64,000 bases of DNA from IMG/VR virus record IMGVR_UViG_3300020045_008916, positions 10,166-74,165 of that record. One strand, given 5' to 3'. This document shows, piece after piece, positions 20,922-31,075 of this stretch (positions within the stretch are counted from its first letter, which is position 1; each line of letters starts with the position of its first letter). A model generated the notes under the pieces. The model saw only the letters and a list, made by a program, of their open reading frames with translations. It made no database searches and had not been told where the DNA came from. The position numbers were made by a program, and so were the translations under genes. Origin of the DNA: a virus (lineage: Duplodnaviria; Caudoviricetes).

Positions 20922-21373
20922 TTATTTACCCAAACTCGTTGCCTAGTCTTTGGGGGCTCGCAATACCTGTACACTTTTATCGGTGTTATGGCTCAAATAG
21001 TCCTGTTTATGTGACTAATGCGGATTTGTTTTTGTTTCGGGTTGGAGTATCTCTTAATTCCCTACATTACGTTTTAAAGTTGCTATGTAATATTTAACCT
21101 AATCGCTTTGCGACATTTCACAACGTCCTACTAACTTTCGGGATAAAACCCATATTCAATTGGTAACAACTAATTTGTTTGACTTGACATTTAATAAGCC
21201 ATTGAGTTTATTCTCAATCCACCATTTAGAGGACGTGGAAAACCTGCATCTTTTAAGTCCCTGCAAGACTTTTTAGAAAATGTAACAGTCGTCTATATAG
21301 ACCTCTCTTTTGTATAGACTTATCCTTATTTCATGATTTAGCCACTGTTACATTCTTGTTGGTTACTTTCAAC
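20922..21373 (-). ncRNA. Candidate structured non-coding RNA (about 450 nt)
   Basis: No ATG-initiated ORF longer than 17 aa; 11-bp stem (21344-54/21279-89), many hairpins with GNRA loops, 7-bp long-range pairing (21230-36/21123-29); has its own promoter. Confidence 0.6.
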
Positions 21374-21377
21374 ACTT

Positions 21378-21409
21378 CAAAGGTAAGTATAAGATTTGGT
21401 ATTTGCAAG
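21378..21409 (-). promoter_or_regulatory. Bacteroidota sigma-A-type early promoter
   Basis: CTTG ... TACCTTTG, with the two terminal Gs 28 bp apart. Confidence 0.75.
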
Positions 21410-21584
21410 GGTTATTTTAAAATACTTGTATCATTGCTTTATTTGTGTGCTAGCTTGTAATTTGATAAGTGCTAACCTACTTTAAAGTTTTAGGTTCAAA
21501 GCCTCTTAATCATACTGCAAGCGTAACTTACTAATTGGCGTGTATTGAACACTAATATATTTTAAACTCTATACAAAGAACTAT

Positions 21585-21649
21585 CTTTTGCTTAACTCAT
21601 CAGAATAGGCTCAAAAGCTACCTATTGACGGCTGTTAGACCGTTTCGTT
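21585..21649 (-). ncRNA. Hammerhead ribozyme, type II, with loop I/3'-tail pseudoknot
   Basis: AAC GAAAC GG(UCUAACAG)CCGU C^ AAUAGG(UAGCUUUUGAG)CCUAUU CUGAUGA GUU AAG CAAAAG; CUUUUG pairs with CAAAAG. Confidence 0.88.
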
Positions 21650-21652
21650 TTT

Positions 21653-21862
21653 TTACTTGTTTGCTTTGTGCATTTCTCTTTCGTGTGTTAAAACATCAGC
21701 ACACCACCTTACTTTATTCATTAAGGCAGTAGAGTTACCAAAACCATATTCAAAACTATTACAACCCAAATATATGTCACCTATTACATTTTTTAATTCT
21801 GCTGATAATTTAGCGGCTTTTGCAAACTTTGCATCTAATTGTTTTACTGTAAGTGTTTTCAT
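21653..21862 (-). CDS. Hypothetical early protein (first gene after the promoter at 21917)
   Basis: ORF track; its initiation region is identical to that at 23343-23368. Confidence 0.65.
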   Translation of the reverse strand: MKTLTVKQLDAKFAKAAKLSAELKNVIGDIYLGCNSFEYGFGNSTALMNKVRWCADVLTHEREMHKANK

Positions 21863-21916
21863 AATGCTAATATTTTTAGTTTTAAGGTGATTTCCTGCTT
21901 GTCACTTCCGACATAA

Positions 21917-21955
21917 CAAAGGTGTGAATAATATTTGATATACACAATAGCAAGA
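21917..21955 (-). promoter_or_regulatory. Early promoter (CACCTTTG variant)
   Basis: CACCTTTG at 21924-21917 with CTTG/TTTG upstream. Confidence 0.55.
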
Positions 21956-22702
21956 CAAAAATAAATACAATAAAGTTTAATATAATTTGTAAAGTGCTGA
22001 TAATGAGAGAGATTAATTTTATATAAGATTTAAGATAAAGCGGGATAGCTATAAGGTAGTAGGATATTTTGAGCTAAAAGTTGTTAGCTAACCATATCAC
22101 AGGATTTAAAGGATAAGAGCTAATTAGCTACTACCTATAGGTGAATAACAAAGAGTGACACAATGACACGTATAAGATGACACGATATGATAGTTTGTCA
22201 TGCTATAATAAATTGACAGCTAACAGAATATACCGAGCGGTATAATTAGTGGATGCTAAAATTGTTAGCAAAGGATGGATGTTATCAGCTAACCTACTAA
22301 TTTAAGAGATAAGTAATATATACTATAAGATAGATAACAAGACATAGGAGATATAAGGGTAAACAGGGGAGAGAGCAAGAGAGCGTGTAACGTGTTGCGG
22401 GATATCGTGCGGATTAGGTTGTTATTGTGCCTCAGATAAGCTGAAAGGGTGATTATAGACTAGATGGATAAGTGAGGGAATATTAAAAGCACAATAGTAT
22501 TATACCCTCATCTCACAAACATCTATCTAAATCTCTTTCAAAATACCCTCAAATCAATACTTAGTGTATCAAAGTGCCTCTAATTAGCCTCAAATATCCC
22601 AATTAACAAAGTGCCTTTAAAGCATCGTGAATAAACTATTCCTCTAGGGCAGAGACTTGAATATCAATCACCCCCTTAGTGTATTTAGAACCGATTGGAC
22701 GT

Positions 22703-22735
22703 AAAAAAGCCCTTAACAATTGCTTGCAAGGGCTT
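22703..22735 (-). terminator. Intrinsic terminator of the small-peptide operon
   Basis: AAGCCCTT/AAGGGCTT stem followed by a T-tract on minus. Confidence 0.8.
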
Positions 22736-22758
22736 CAACCATTAATAGCTGTCAATAT

Positions 22759-23350
22759 TCAGCTCATCTGCTTTATCCAATATGCCATCAGCACACACAA
22801 GATAAAGAAAGCTAACATAGCTAAATCAAATTGCTTTGGGTTTCTCGGGTTGCTAGCGTAGTTCATTTCAATAGGGTTATGTAAGCGATTGAATAAACAG
22901 CTAACAAAGCGACAGCTAAGCAGATTAGCACGGGTTTTAAACGTGACAAAGTGGCAGACAAGCCTCTGTACTTGTAGGTTGTGGCTAGAACTTCAAGGGT
23001 AAGTTTTAAATCTTTCATTGTGATTATGTTTAAGGTTAAAGGGGTTTAGTAGCCCCCAAGAAATGTGATTTGAATATCTCCATTAGGTAGTTCGATAGCT
23101 TGGAATGTTACCCCGCTTTCGATGATGCCACTAAGCATCTCGCAAAATGTCTCGTTAGTTACTGTTAGTTGTTTCATAACTATTTGCTGTTAGGTGAGAA
23201 GATAAAGAACACACTTGCAACGATAACGGCTAACAGCCCTGCAACGTAGTAGTTTGCAGGATTAACCGAGCTAACAGCAAATAAAGAGATGAGGCAAGCG
23301 AAAGCTAATGCTAAGAATGCGATTGAGATGATTTGGTGAGTAGTTTTCAT
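22759..23350 (-). CDS. Operon of four small peptides: 23180-23350 (TM), 23046-23177 (43 aa), 22863-23018 (51 aa, TM), 22759-22866 (35 aa, TM)
   Basis: Translated by hand; abutting or ATGA-overlapping; lies between the promoter at 23398 and the terminator at 22703. Confidence 0.65.
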
Positions 23351-23397
23351 AATGCTAATATTTTTAGTAAAAGCCGTAGCGTCATTGCTTGGCACTT

Positions 23398-23429
23398 CAA
23401 AGGTGCAAAATAGTATTGACATATGCAAG
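23398..23429 (-). promoter_or_regulatory. Early promoter
   Basis: CTTGCA ... CACCTTTGAAGTG; same 28-bp spacing and same ACCTTTGAAGTG tail as the promoter at 21378. Confidence 0.7.
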
Positions 23430-23653
23430 TGGCTAGTTGATATAGTGCAGATATTTCACGCTGTTAGTGTCACAATTACGTTACAAAAGAAATCAGCTAG
23501 CAATTTGCCCCATCACAGAGTGAAGCGGAGATATAGCCCAAAGGTATGAGCAACAAGCGATTTAGATAGCGAAGTGGTACAAGGGTACGTTTGCCACATC
23601 CGAAACGTTTGAGGGTAGCACCTTGAGATGAAAGAATTGTTTTGGGATTGAAA

Positions 23654-23715
23654 GAGGGGGGAGGGGTGAAGGAGATTAAAAACCCGAGAGAGGGGGGTGA
23701 TGAAGATGGGATGGG
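23654..23715 (+). other. G-tract cluster (G-quadruplex-capable); candidate genome end or packaging region
   Basis: GGGGGGAGGGG, GGGGGG, GGG, GGG; 29 G vs 3 C in 23641-23700. Confidence 0.4.
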
Positions 23716-23956
23716 ATAGACCCATGAAATCATAGATATAATCCTGAAATCATATTCACGTTATTTCCCCCTAAAATTTTTAAATTTTCTGGCCTAAATT
23801 TTTCGAACTCCTTAGACGTACCCTTAAAAATCCTTTTAAAGATACCCAGCTGAGTAAGCCATCCAGAATAGAAAGATAATTGAAAATGTGATACTACCCT
23901 ACACGAATTTTGGATAAAGAAGCTCTCACCATAGAAGTGGAAATTGTTTATAACGC

Positions 23957-23983
23957 AAAAATCCCCGACTGTTAGGCCGAGGA
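23957..23983 (-). terminator. Intrinsic terminator ending the 24-28 kb minus operon
   Basis: TCCTCG...CGGGGA stem followed by TTTTT. Confidence 0.7.
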
Positions 23984-24392
23984 CTCTTTTAAATTGTTAT
24001 TTCTTTTATAGTTTTTAACTTGTCTGGTTTCTGACTTAAAATCCAATACTCTGCTAAGGCTGCTGTTTCAAAGACTAATACCTCAGACCAGCTGTCAAAC
24101 ATATCGGAATACTCCTGATACTGTCTCCACCAAAATCCCATTACCTTCCTATAAACATGATATTCAACATTTTTTGTAGATACTGGTGGTGTTACCTGTA
24201 CAATTTTAAATTTCATAATTACTTTACTAATACTGCGTAATATCCACTAAACGTAGGTAGATTGCCTCCACCCTCACGTGTTACCTCTAAGCCTAACTCC
24301 CTTAATTTTTCAACTATTTGGTAGAGCTCATGTCTTTTGTTTTCGGCCACTAGGATTTTGACCTCTATTTGATTTTCCATTTTTTGGTGTAA

Positions 24393-24875
24393 TTAATAAT
24401 TTGAGTGTAAATAGTCTAAGAAATAATCTGCTGCGGTATTCTCGTAGTTACTCTCTTTGGTTAATTCTTTTAATCTCTTTTGAAAGTCAAAACAAATATC
24501 ATCACAACCTAAGGTTTCAGGCACATCCCAAACAATAGCTACAAAACGAGAGCCTATTCTATTATGCTGGTACAGTCCGTGAAGCTTATTTCCATCAAAC
24601 CTGATAATATCTCCTGATTGAATAACCATCTCACAGAACTCATGGTTAAAAGATAAACCTCCGTCTGCAACCAGTACGAGCATTACAGTATCCTTGCCTT
24701 TAACAGTACCATCGGTATGTAAGGGTACGTAGCCATCAGATAAAACCAAATCTTCTCCTATTCGCATAATATTGATACTTTCAAGATTAGATAATTTTAC
24801 GTTCCTGTAATACTCTTTCAGCTTTTTTGGGATAACTATATCACGAAATCGCCATTGGTAAACTTTCTTACTCAT
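24393..24875 (-). CDS. 2OG-Fe(II) oxygenase/cupin-like protein
   Basis: VPLHTDG ... GDIIRFDGNKLHG: HxD...H triad pattern in a beta-rich fold. Confidence 0.6.
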   Translation of the reverse strand: MSKKVYQWRFRDIVIPKKLKEYYRNVKLSNLESINIMRIGEDLVLSDGYVPLHTDGTVKGKDTVMLVLVADGGLSFNHEFCEMVIQSGDIIRFDGNKLHGLYQHNRIGSRFVAIVWDVPETLGCDDICFDFQKRLKELTKESNYENTAADYFLDYLHSNY

Positions 24876-24876
24876 T

Positions 24877-25074
24877 CTACTTAGAGTTTAGCTCAATTCT
24901 GTTTGCCAAAATGTCACTATATTCCGACATAACAACTTCTTGGTTAAAGAGGAGTTCTCTGTTTTGCGGTGATAAGTTTTTAAAAGCAGGAGTCTCTAAA
25001 AATTCAGTCAGCTTAGACAGTTTTGTATCCAGCTCTTTTTGCTCCTCTTGCAATCTTTCTAAAAATGTACTCAT
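24877..25074 (-). CDS. crAss001_48-related small coiled-coil protein
   Basis: FLERLQEEQKELDTKLSKLTEFL...LL.NQ..VMSEY..IL..RI pattern. Confidence 0.65.
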   Translation of the reverse strand: MSTFLERLQEEQKELDTKLSKLTEFLETPAFKNLSPQNRELLFNQEVVMSEYSDILANRIELNSK

Positions 25075-25654
25075 ATTTTATTGGTTAAGAGCCTATAAGA
25101 AAGCTCAAAGGTTAAAAAATAAACTGTTATAAAAATTAGGAAGTTAGCTGCTAACATCAGCCCAATCGATAAACCAACTATCGGGAAAGCAGTAAAAGGT
25201 AGTAGGCACGTACAGAAAATCATCAAGGCCTTGAACAAGTGCCAGCCATCCATGAACATCACAAAGACTGTACTGCTGCCCCAAAACTTCTCTCCCTGAG
25301 ATTTGTCCCCATTTTTCCACTTATTTACCCAAGCGGTATCTTTTCGCCAGAACATCTGGTTCCAAGTCTTTATACGGCTCCCTAAAAAGAAAGGCTCAAT
25401 CATTGTATCCATGCCAGCGGATAAAAGAGCTATTACCATAATTAATAGGATAGCTGTCATAGTGCGGTCATTCCTTTAATAAACACTTTCAAATCCTCAA
25501 GACTGTAAATCTGTGCAATAAACATTCTTCCAAAATCGTGGTACTCAAATCTGATTGTTCCTTCTACGTCTACAGTAATCTCATCTGTAATATTGTAGTA
25601 GCCATTTTCGTAAGTTGGGAGACCTAACTCCTCAAGCATTCCTTCTGTTATCAT
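25071..25654 (-). CDS. Membrane protein (25071-25460) and small hypothetical protein (25457-25654)
   Basis: Hydrophobic segments and NKWKNGD..GEKFWGSST..DGWHLFK. Confidence 0.55.
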
Positions 25655-26109
25655 AATTGTATGGGTTGGTAATACTCGTAATTCATCGGTAAAATCCCAC
25701 TACTCTCTAGCATAGCTTCACAAGCTGACCAGTTAACATAGTGTCTCTGAGTTTTAGGGTCAAATAATAAGGGACATCCCAAAGCAGCATCATCGATGTA
25801 AAGCTGAGCAAAGCACTTAGGACTAGTTGTCCAGTTGCACTGTGTAGGGTTACATTGAACTCCGTACAATGGAATACCATTTTCTTTGAACCAGTTTTCT
25901 GCCTCTGTTAAGAAAGCTCCTATCCTGTCTTCAATCAAATCATCCCCTGTAGCCTTGTGGGTATCCCTATCGGAGCGCATTGTATAAAGAATTAGCTGAT
26001 GACCTGCATCAACCAATCTTCTGAGAACTCTTGCTGCTCCAATATCCTCTCCTATATGGGGAAAGTTGTGTGTGGTACACGTACCATCAAAGTCGACAGC
26101 TATTACCAT
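25651..26109 (-). CDS. HAD-superfamily phosphatase (BT0820-like)
   Basis: N-terminal IAVDFDGT, LILYTMR, SPK, YIDD. Confidence 0.85.
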   Translation of the reverse strand: MVIAVDFDGTCTTHNFPHIGEDIGAARVLRRLVDAGHQLILYTMRSDRDTHKATGDDLIEDRIGAFLTEAENWFKENGIPLYGVQCNPTQCNWTTSPKCFAQLYIDDAALGCPLLFDPKTQRHYVNWSACEAMLESSGILPMNYEYYQPIQL

Positions 26110-29100
26110 TAGAATAAAGAATTAGTTCTTTCTACAATAATGTCCAGTTGGATTTCCAAATCTTTAGCTAAATCAATACTGCCTTCTAGCCGTTCTACAA
26201 AACTCTTTTCAGAGAAAGGTCTTTCTGGTGCAAGAGGCATAGGTGATGGATTTTTGTTTGGATTGTCATGTGTTTTTATTCTGTTTATAAAATAGGTCAC
26301 ATTATTAACGCGAGCCTCGATACGTTCTAATACTCGATTAAGTTTTTCGGATAGCTCATCTAACTCAGGACGCTGATTTGCTGTTTTTACGCAAGGTGCT
26401 CCACTATACACTACGTTGCAAGTATCGCTCATCCTATTTGTTTTTAGATTTCTTAGCAGCTACTTTATTGGTAGAGGCCGCAGGAGTTTGTACTGGTTCT
26501 TCTTTTTCGACTACTACAGGCTCAGCGTCAGCTGCTGGCGAGCTTATCTCTTCTGTTGTGGCCGTTACACCACTCTCTGCAATTTCTTCGCTTGTATCGC
26601 CTGCCTCAGGGTCAAATTCTTGTGGATGTAAATCTTCATCGCCTGCAAGGTTGTCATCTTCTGCTGCATCGAAAGTAATTACTTCGCCAACTTCTACACC
26701 CTCTTCAACCAATTCTGGATTTGAGTCCAAAGTTTCTTGAGTCACAATGTGCTCTACAGGGCTTTCACCTAAAATATCATTTAATACAGACTGTTGAGGC
26801 TCTTCAACCTGTCCTAGGTCGCATTGATGTTTTGCAACGTCCCAAGAGAACATCACTTCTCCACAATTATCACATTTTGTCATATCTTTGTTTTTATAAT
26901 TCGTCAAATTCTTTTTGTAGTTTTTCAATATAAGCTTCATCTATGGCACACAGGTCTTGGATGAACTTTTCTATTAAAGGCTTAATTTCCTTTCTCACAT
27001 CTTTTAAAGAGATTGTCGTGGTTTTTAACACTTCACCAGAGCTTTCAAGATGGATGAATTTAGTAGCATGAATAGCTCGCAAACCAAATTTCGTCTGCCT
27101 TATCCGCTGTAGCAGATTACTTCCTTTTTCAAGGCGTTCTAATTCTTGCTCTGTCATTACTTGCTCAATCTACTGTGAAATCTCCACTTAGCTAATTTTG
27201 TTACAGGAATATCAATTCCCATTCCAGCTCCGTTTCCAATGTTTGTCACAACATCTACAGGCATTAGTCTTGCCATCTTGTCAGGAAGAGGATTTATGAT
27301 AACAGCTCTTACTCTTTTATTATTAATGCGTTTTTTGATAATATCGCCTTTCAAAAGAAGCCTTCCATCTTTATCGGTAGTATTCCATTCTATCTGAGAC
27401 TCTGCGGTCTGCACATAAGGGTCAACACCTGCGGAGTAGTAGGGTATTGAAGGGTTTTCTGCCGTACTCGGACGATGATGATAAACAACTACACCATTTC
27501 CCCGCAGTTTCTTTCCCAATTTGGCGTTAACCTCTATAGCCGCCTGTTGTTCGTATTCCAATATTTTTGCTTTGCCTTCAAAAAGACTAACAATCGTCAG
27601 CCAGATAAGTTTTAAAAATTTCATATAAGTTTTGTGTTTGTTAATTTTTCGTAAATCTCTTCCATCGACTCTTTGACCTGAATATATCTTCCTGTTTTTA
27701 AATAGATAATGGTTGATTGAAAGCTTCTTTCATTTCCACACGCTTCCATGTAATCTATGTTATCTTTAAATAGGGTTACCTTAGATGCTTCTTCATCAAA
27801 TTCTCGAACTGCTGTAAAAACCGCCCCTAACATTCTTCAAACAAATTATCAGGTTCCACATTGTTTAACCAAACCTCTGCATCTAATGCCGCATTTACAG
27901 TGTTAAGGTCATAACCACCTTCTTCATAATCCGCAGATGTTGATACGCCTCGCAAGACTGCTACTTTAGCGTCAGCCATATCCCAGACATTGCGTCCCCA
28001 GAAGTCTTTCTCTGGTGTAGTCTGTCTTTCTTCCAAGATGCCTTGGACTTGATAATCGATTTCTTCCTGTGTTCTCATTTTCTGTTGTTTAATGTAAGGC
28101 AAATATATACAAACATTTTGACTCTCACAAATTTATTTTAAACTTTTTGTTTGGAGCATAGATAGTCATATTACCATTTTACTGTTGCTAGGCCTAGGCC
28201 TACGTTAGTTATTGAATAGCCTAAAGATGTAAATTCCAAAAGAAAAATATCAAGCCCTTTGTATGGTACATTGATAACCACATCTCTAAAGCCAGACTGA
28301 CAAGCCTTCTCAATTAGAGTAAAAGCTTTTTCTACTTGAACATCAATACTCGCTTGAAAATTTTCAGCAATTTCCCTTGCCGCAGTTGCGGGTAATCTTT
28401 TTGGTTTATCACACATACAGTAGTTTAAAAAATGTCCACATAATATACACGTATTCGTAGCTAGAAATTTTTCTAAATAAACAACTGCTTCGCTATTCAT
28501 CTTGTCTGGGTTTTTCTGGTACAACTAAAACATGTGTAGAGCAAGCAAAAGGCCAGTCTTCATTGAAATATTTAGTTTCTCCATTGTCAAATAGCACCAT
28601 AAGATTTTCAGTCTTAACACCACCTTTTAAGAGTTCTAAGCCTTCTTGACTATTTACATCAATCCACTCAGACTTAAATTGTTTAGCGTAGGCATGAGCT
28701 ACGATTTCTAAAAGCTGCTCCATACTGGTAGTGTCAAACTGCCGCATGAAAGATACTTCGTTGTAGATTTCGAATACAGATTTCATAACGAAGCCCTCCT
28801 ATCTACAACTCTCCCAGAACCGTTTCTGATAATGTCCACAAGACTTTTGTATGACACTGATATCCTATTCTTGCGATATTTATCTAAAGCTTCTGCATCC
28901 ATTCTACGCTCTTTAAGCTGTTGTTTGGATATTGGATTTGTTTGGTGTCTTTTCATATAACTTTCAACTTAGCTACATTTCTTGGTGTAGCATAAAAATG
29001 TAAATTTGGTGCCGTATTGGGATTATCAAGATATGCTAAGCTATCCTTTAAATACTCTTTTTCAGGCAAGAGTACAAACCCAAACCTATGCTGAGGTGTA

Positions 29101-31011
29101 CAGAATATACATAAACATTTTTGACCCTTACCTATAAAAGAAACTTTACTTACAACTTCAACCGTAGAGCCATTTAAAATCTCATTGCCAAACTTATCTT
29201 TAAGTCCTATTGGCTTTCCTATTTCAACCATTTTCGATAAAATAACCCCCGTACCGAATTGCACGAGGGGCAACAGATTAAACAACTAATTAGAAAATTA
29301 GCTAAGAATGGCTATTTGCCAAGTATTTTAAATCCATAGTGGTAGTGCATCTTTTTGAAGAGGTCTCCAATGTGAGTGCATTTTAACGGTTAACTGGGGG
29401 TCATAAGAACCCTTACCTATAAAAACACCCTTATAAAGATAAGGCTCTCCTTTGCCATTCACATTACATCTACTTAGACACTCTACCCTCACAAGGCCTT
29501 CTGGTAAGTCGTCAATAGAATGGATAGCTGTCCAGCCATTATTCTCTTCTAAGTCAGTTAAAACTTCTGGTCTCCACATCGTGAAAAGTGGTGCATTCCG
29601 TTCGATACTCCCTGTAAACACACTATTAGATGCATCACCAGACCAAATCCAGCCATTCTCATTAATATATTTCTTTAAAGTCTCGTACAAATCCCCGTAG
29701 GCTTCTACTATTAATTCCTGTTTAGTTTTCATCATCCAATGTGGGAAAAGGTATTTCTACCTGTGGGTTCTCTTGTCTATACTTCTCACCTAGCTGGTTC
29801 CAAAGAGCATCTGCTTCTTCAAGATATTTCTCAGTTAAGAGTTCATTTTCTAATTCTATGAGCCTTTCCATATTAAAGACATGGCCTTGGTTTATCTCAC
29901 TCATGCTCTGTTCTATCTAAAAGTTCCATTGCCGCAATACTGAGAGTTGCTTGCTGAAGAACTCGTTTTCTAAGTTCTACTCTTGCAGATTTTTGTGTGA
30001 AATCAATCTCAAGTATCTTATCTACTCTCTTTTGAAATACATAGCCCCAAGTTTCTTTGTTGAATGTTTCGTCAGCCGATAACGTAGCCCCACCCCAGAT
30101 ATACTCCTGAACATCTCGTGCAGCTATGATTGCATTGAACACAATCTGTTCTTCTGGTGAAAGCTCTTCCATTAGTTTACCAACTCATCAGCCCAAGAAA
30201 CATGGACAACTGTCGTTTTGTCAGATGCAGCTCCAAGAGTAGTTTTTAAGGAGTTCTGAGGTAATTGTAACTCTTCTACCACAGCCTTGAGCACTTCATT
30301 GGGAACTGGATATTTACTCTCAAACTTTCCCTGAGTCGCTTCGGCCTGAGCAGCTTTTACTATTTTCATCATAGTCTGATTTCTAAGACCATTCTCATCA
30401 GCAATTGCTTGCAATACACCTTTCAATGTTTGTCTGTTAGCTGGTACGTTAGCTTCTGCTGGTTTCTCAGCCGCTACAAATGTTTCGTTATTTTCCATAT
30501 TTTTGTAATTCTTGTTTTTCTTCTAGTTCGTGTACAACTCTCATGCTGTCAAGGATATCTATCTCCCGTTCGATTTGAAACAGCCGACCTTTCTTAAAGC
30601 CCCACTGTTCTCCCTCTACCCTTCCCCTAAGATACTCGCACCTTAGAGTATTCTCGTAACTGATGCTGCTCCACACTCCGATACTGACTACAGCACAGAT
30701 TGCCAGCATTATTATAATAAGCTTCTTTGCCATTATTTCCAGATTATTTTTAAGTTCACACAATCACCTACATCGGGAAGTTCTTCTATCCACAGGCCAC
30801 AGTTCTCTAGGAATTTGATAACAAAATCCTTTCGGGAGATATGTATCTTACGGTAGTACATAAACTTGCCTCTTCTTGCTTCAAGTTCACACTCGTCAAG
30901 GATGTTGTTTACTATACCAACCCCACCATTTCTGTGGGTCGCTATCAGGTTGAGATATTCTTTGATGTTTTTCATTGGTGTAAAAGTAGTCAATAGTTTT
31001 GATGTGTGCAA
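26109..31011 (-). CDS. Cluster of about 17 small hypothetical proteins, including acidic Zn-ribbon (26434-26940), YopX-like (28953-29285) and DUF551-like (28493-28786, 29328-29735)
   Basis: Co-oriented abutting ORFs; motifs CDNC, IGLKDKFGNEI, NNGW...LP...SHWRPL. Confidence 0.55.
28100..28131 (-). promoter_or_regulatory. Canonical Bacteroidota promoter
   Basis: AAATTTG ... TATATTTG, 28-bp spacing. Confidence 0.75.
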
Positions 31012-31075
31012 ATTTATTTTGATATTTTTGCTAAATTTGAAAAATTTGGCTAGAGAGCGGGCAAAACCTGAGGTT

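Larger units (their letters stand above)
21855..23368 (-). repeat. Exact 26-bp direct repeat (21855-21880 and 23343-23368) spanning the initiation region and ATG
   Basis: ACTAAAAATATTAGCATTATGAAAAC occurs twice on the minus strand. Confidence 0.95.

Noticed and set aside
21440-21465. TTACAAGC twister-L4-like octamer
   Set aside because: No flanking P4, P2 or GAGU elements.
22000-22700. TIGR-like or other guide-RNA array
   Set aside because: The short motifs (TGACAC, AGCTAAC) lack regular periodicity, and no Nop-domain or associated effector gene is present.
30170-30200. CTGATGA followed by a GTT-GGTA-AAC hairpin (possible fourth hammerhead)
   Set aside because: No GAAA or stem III; it lies in coding sequence (ADELVN). 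Other CTGATGA hits noticed (25958, 44485, 48468, 52935) also lack the core.
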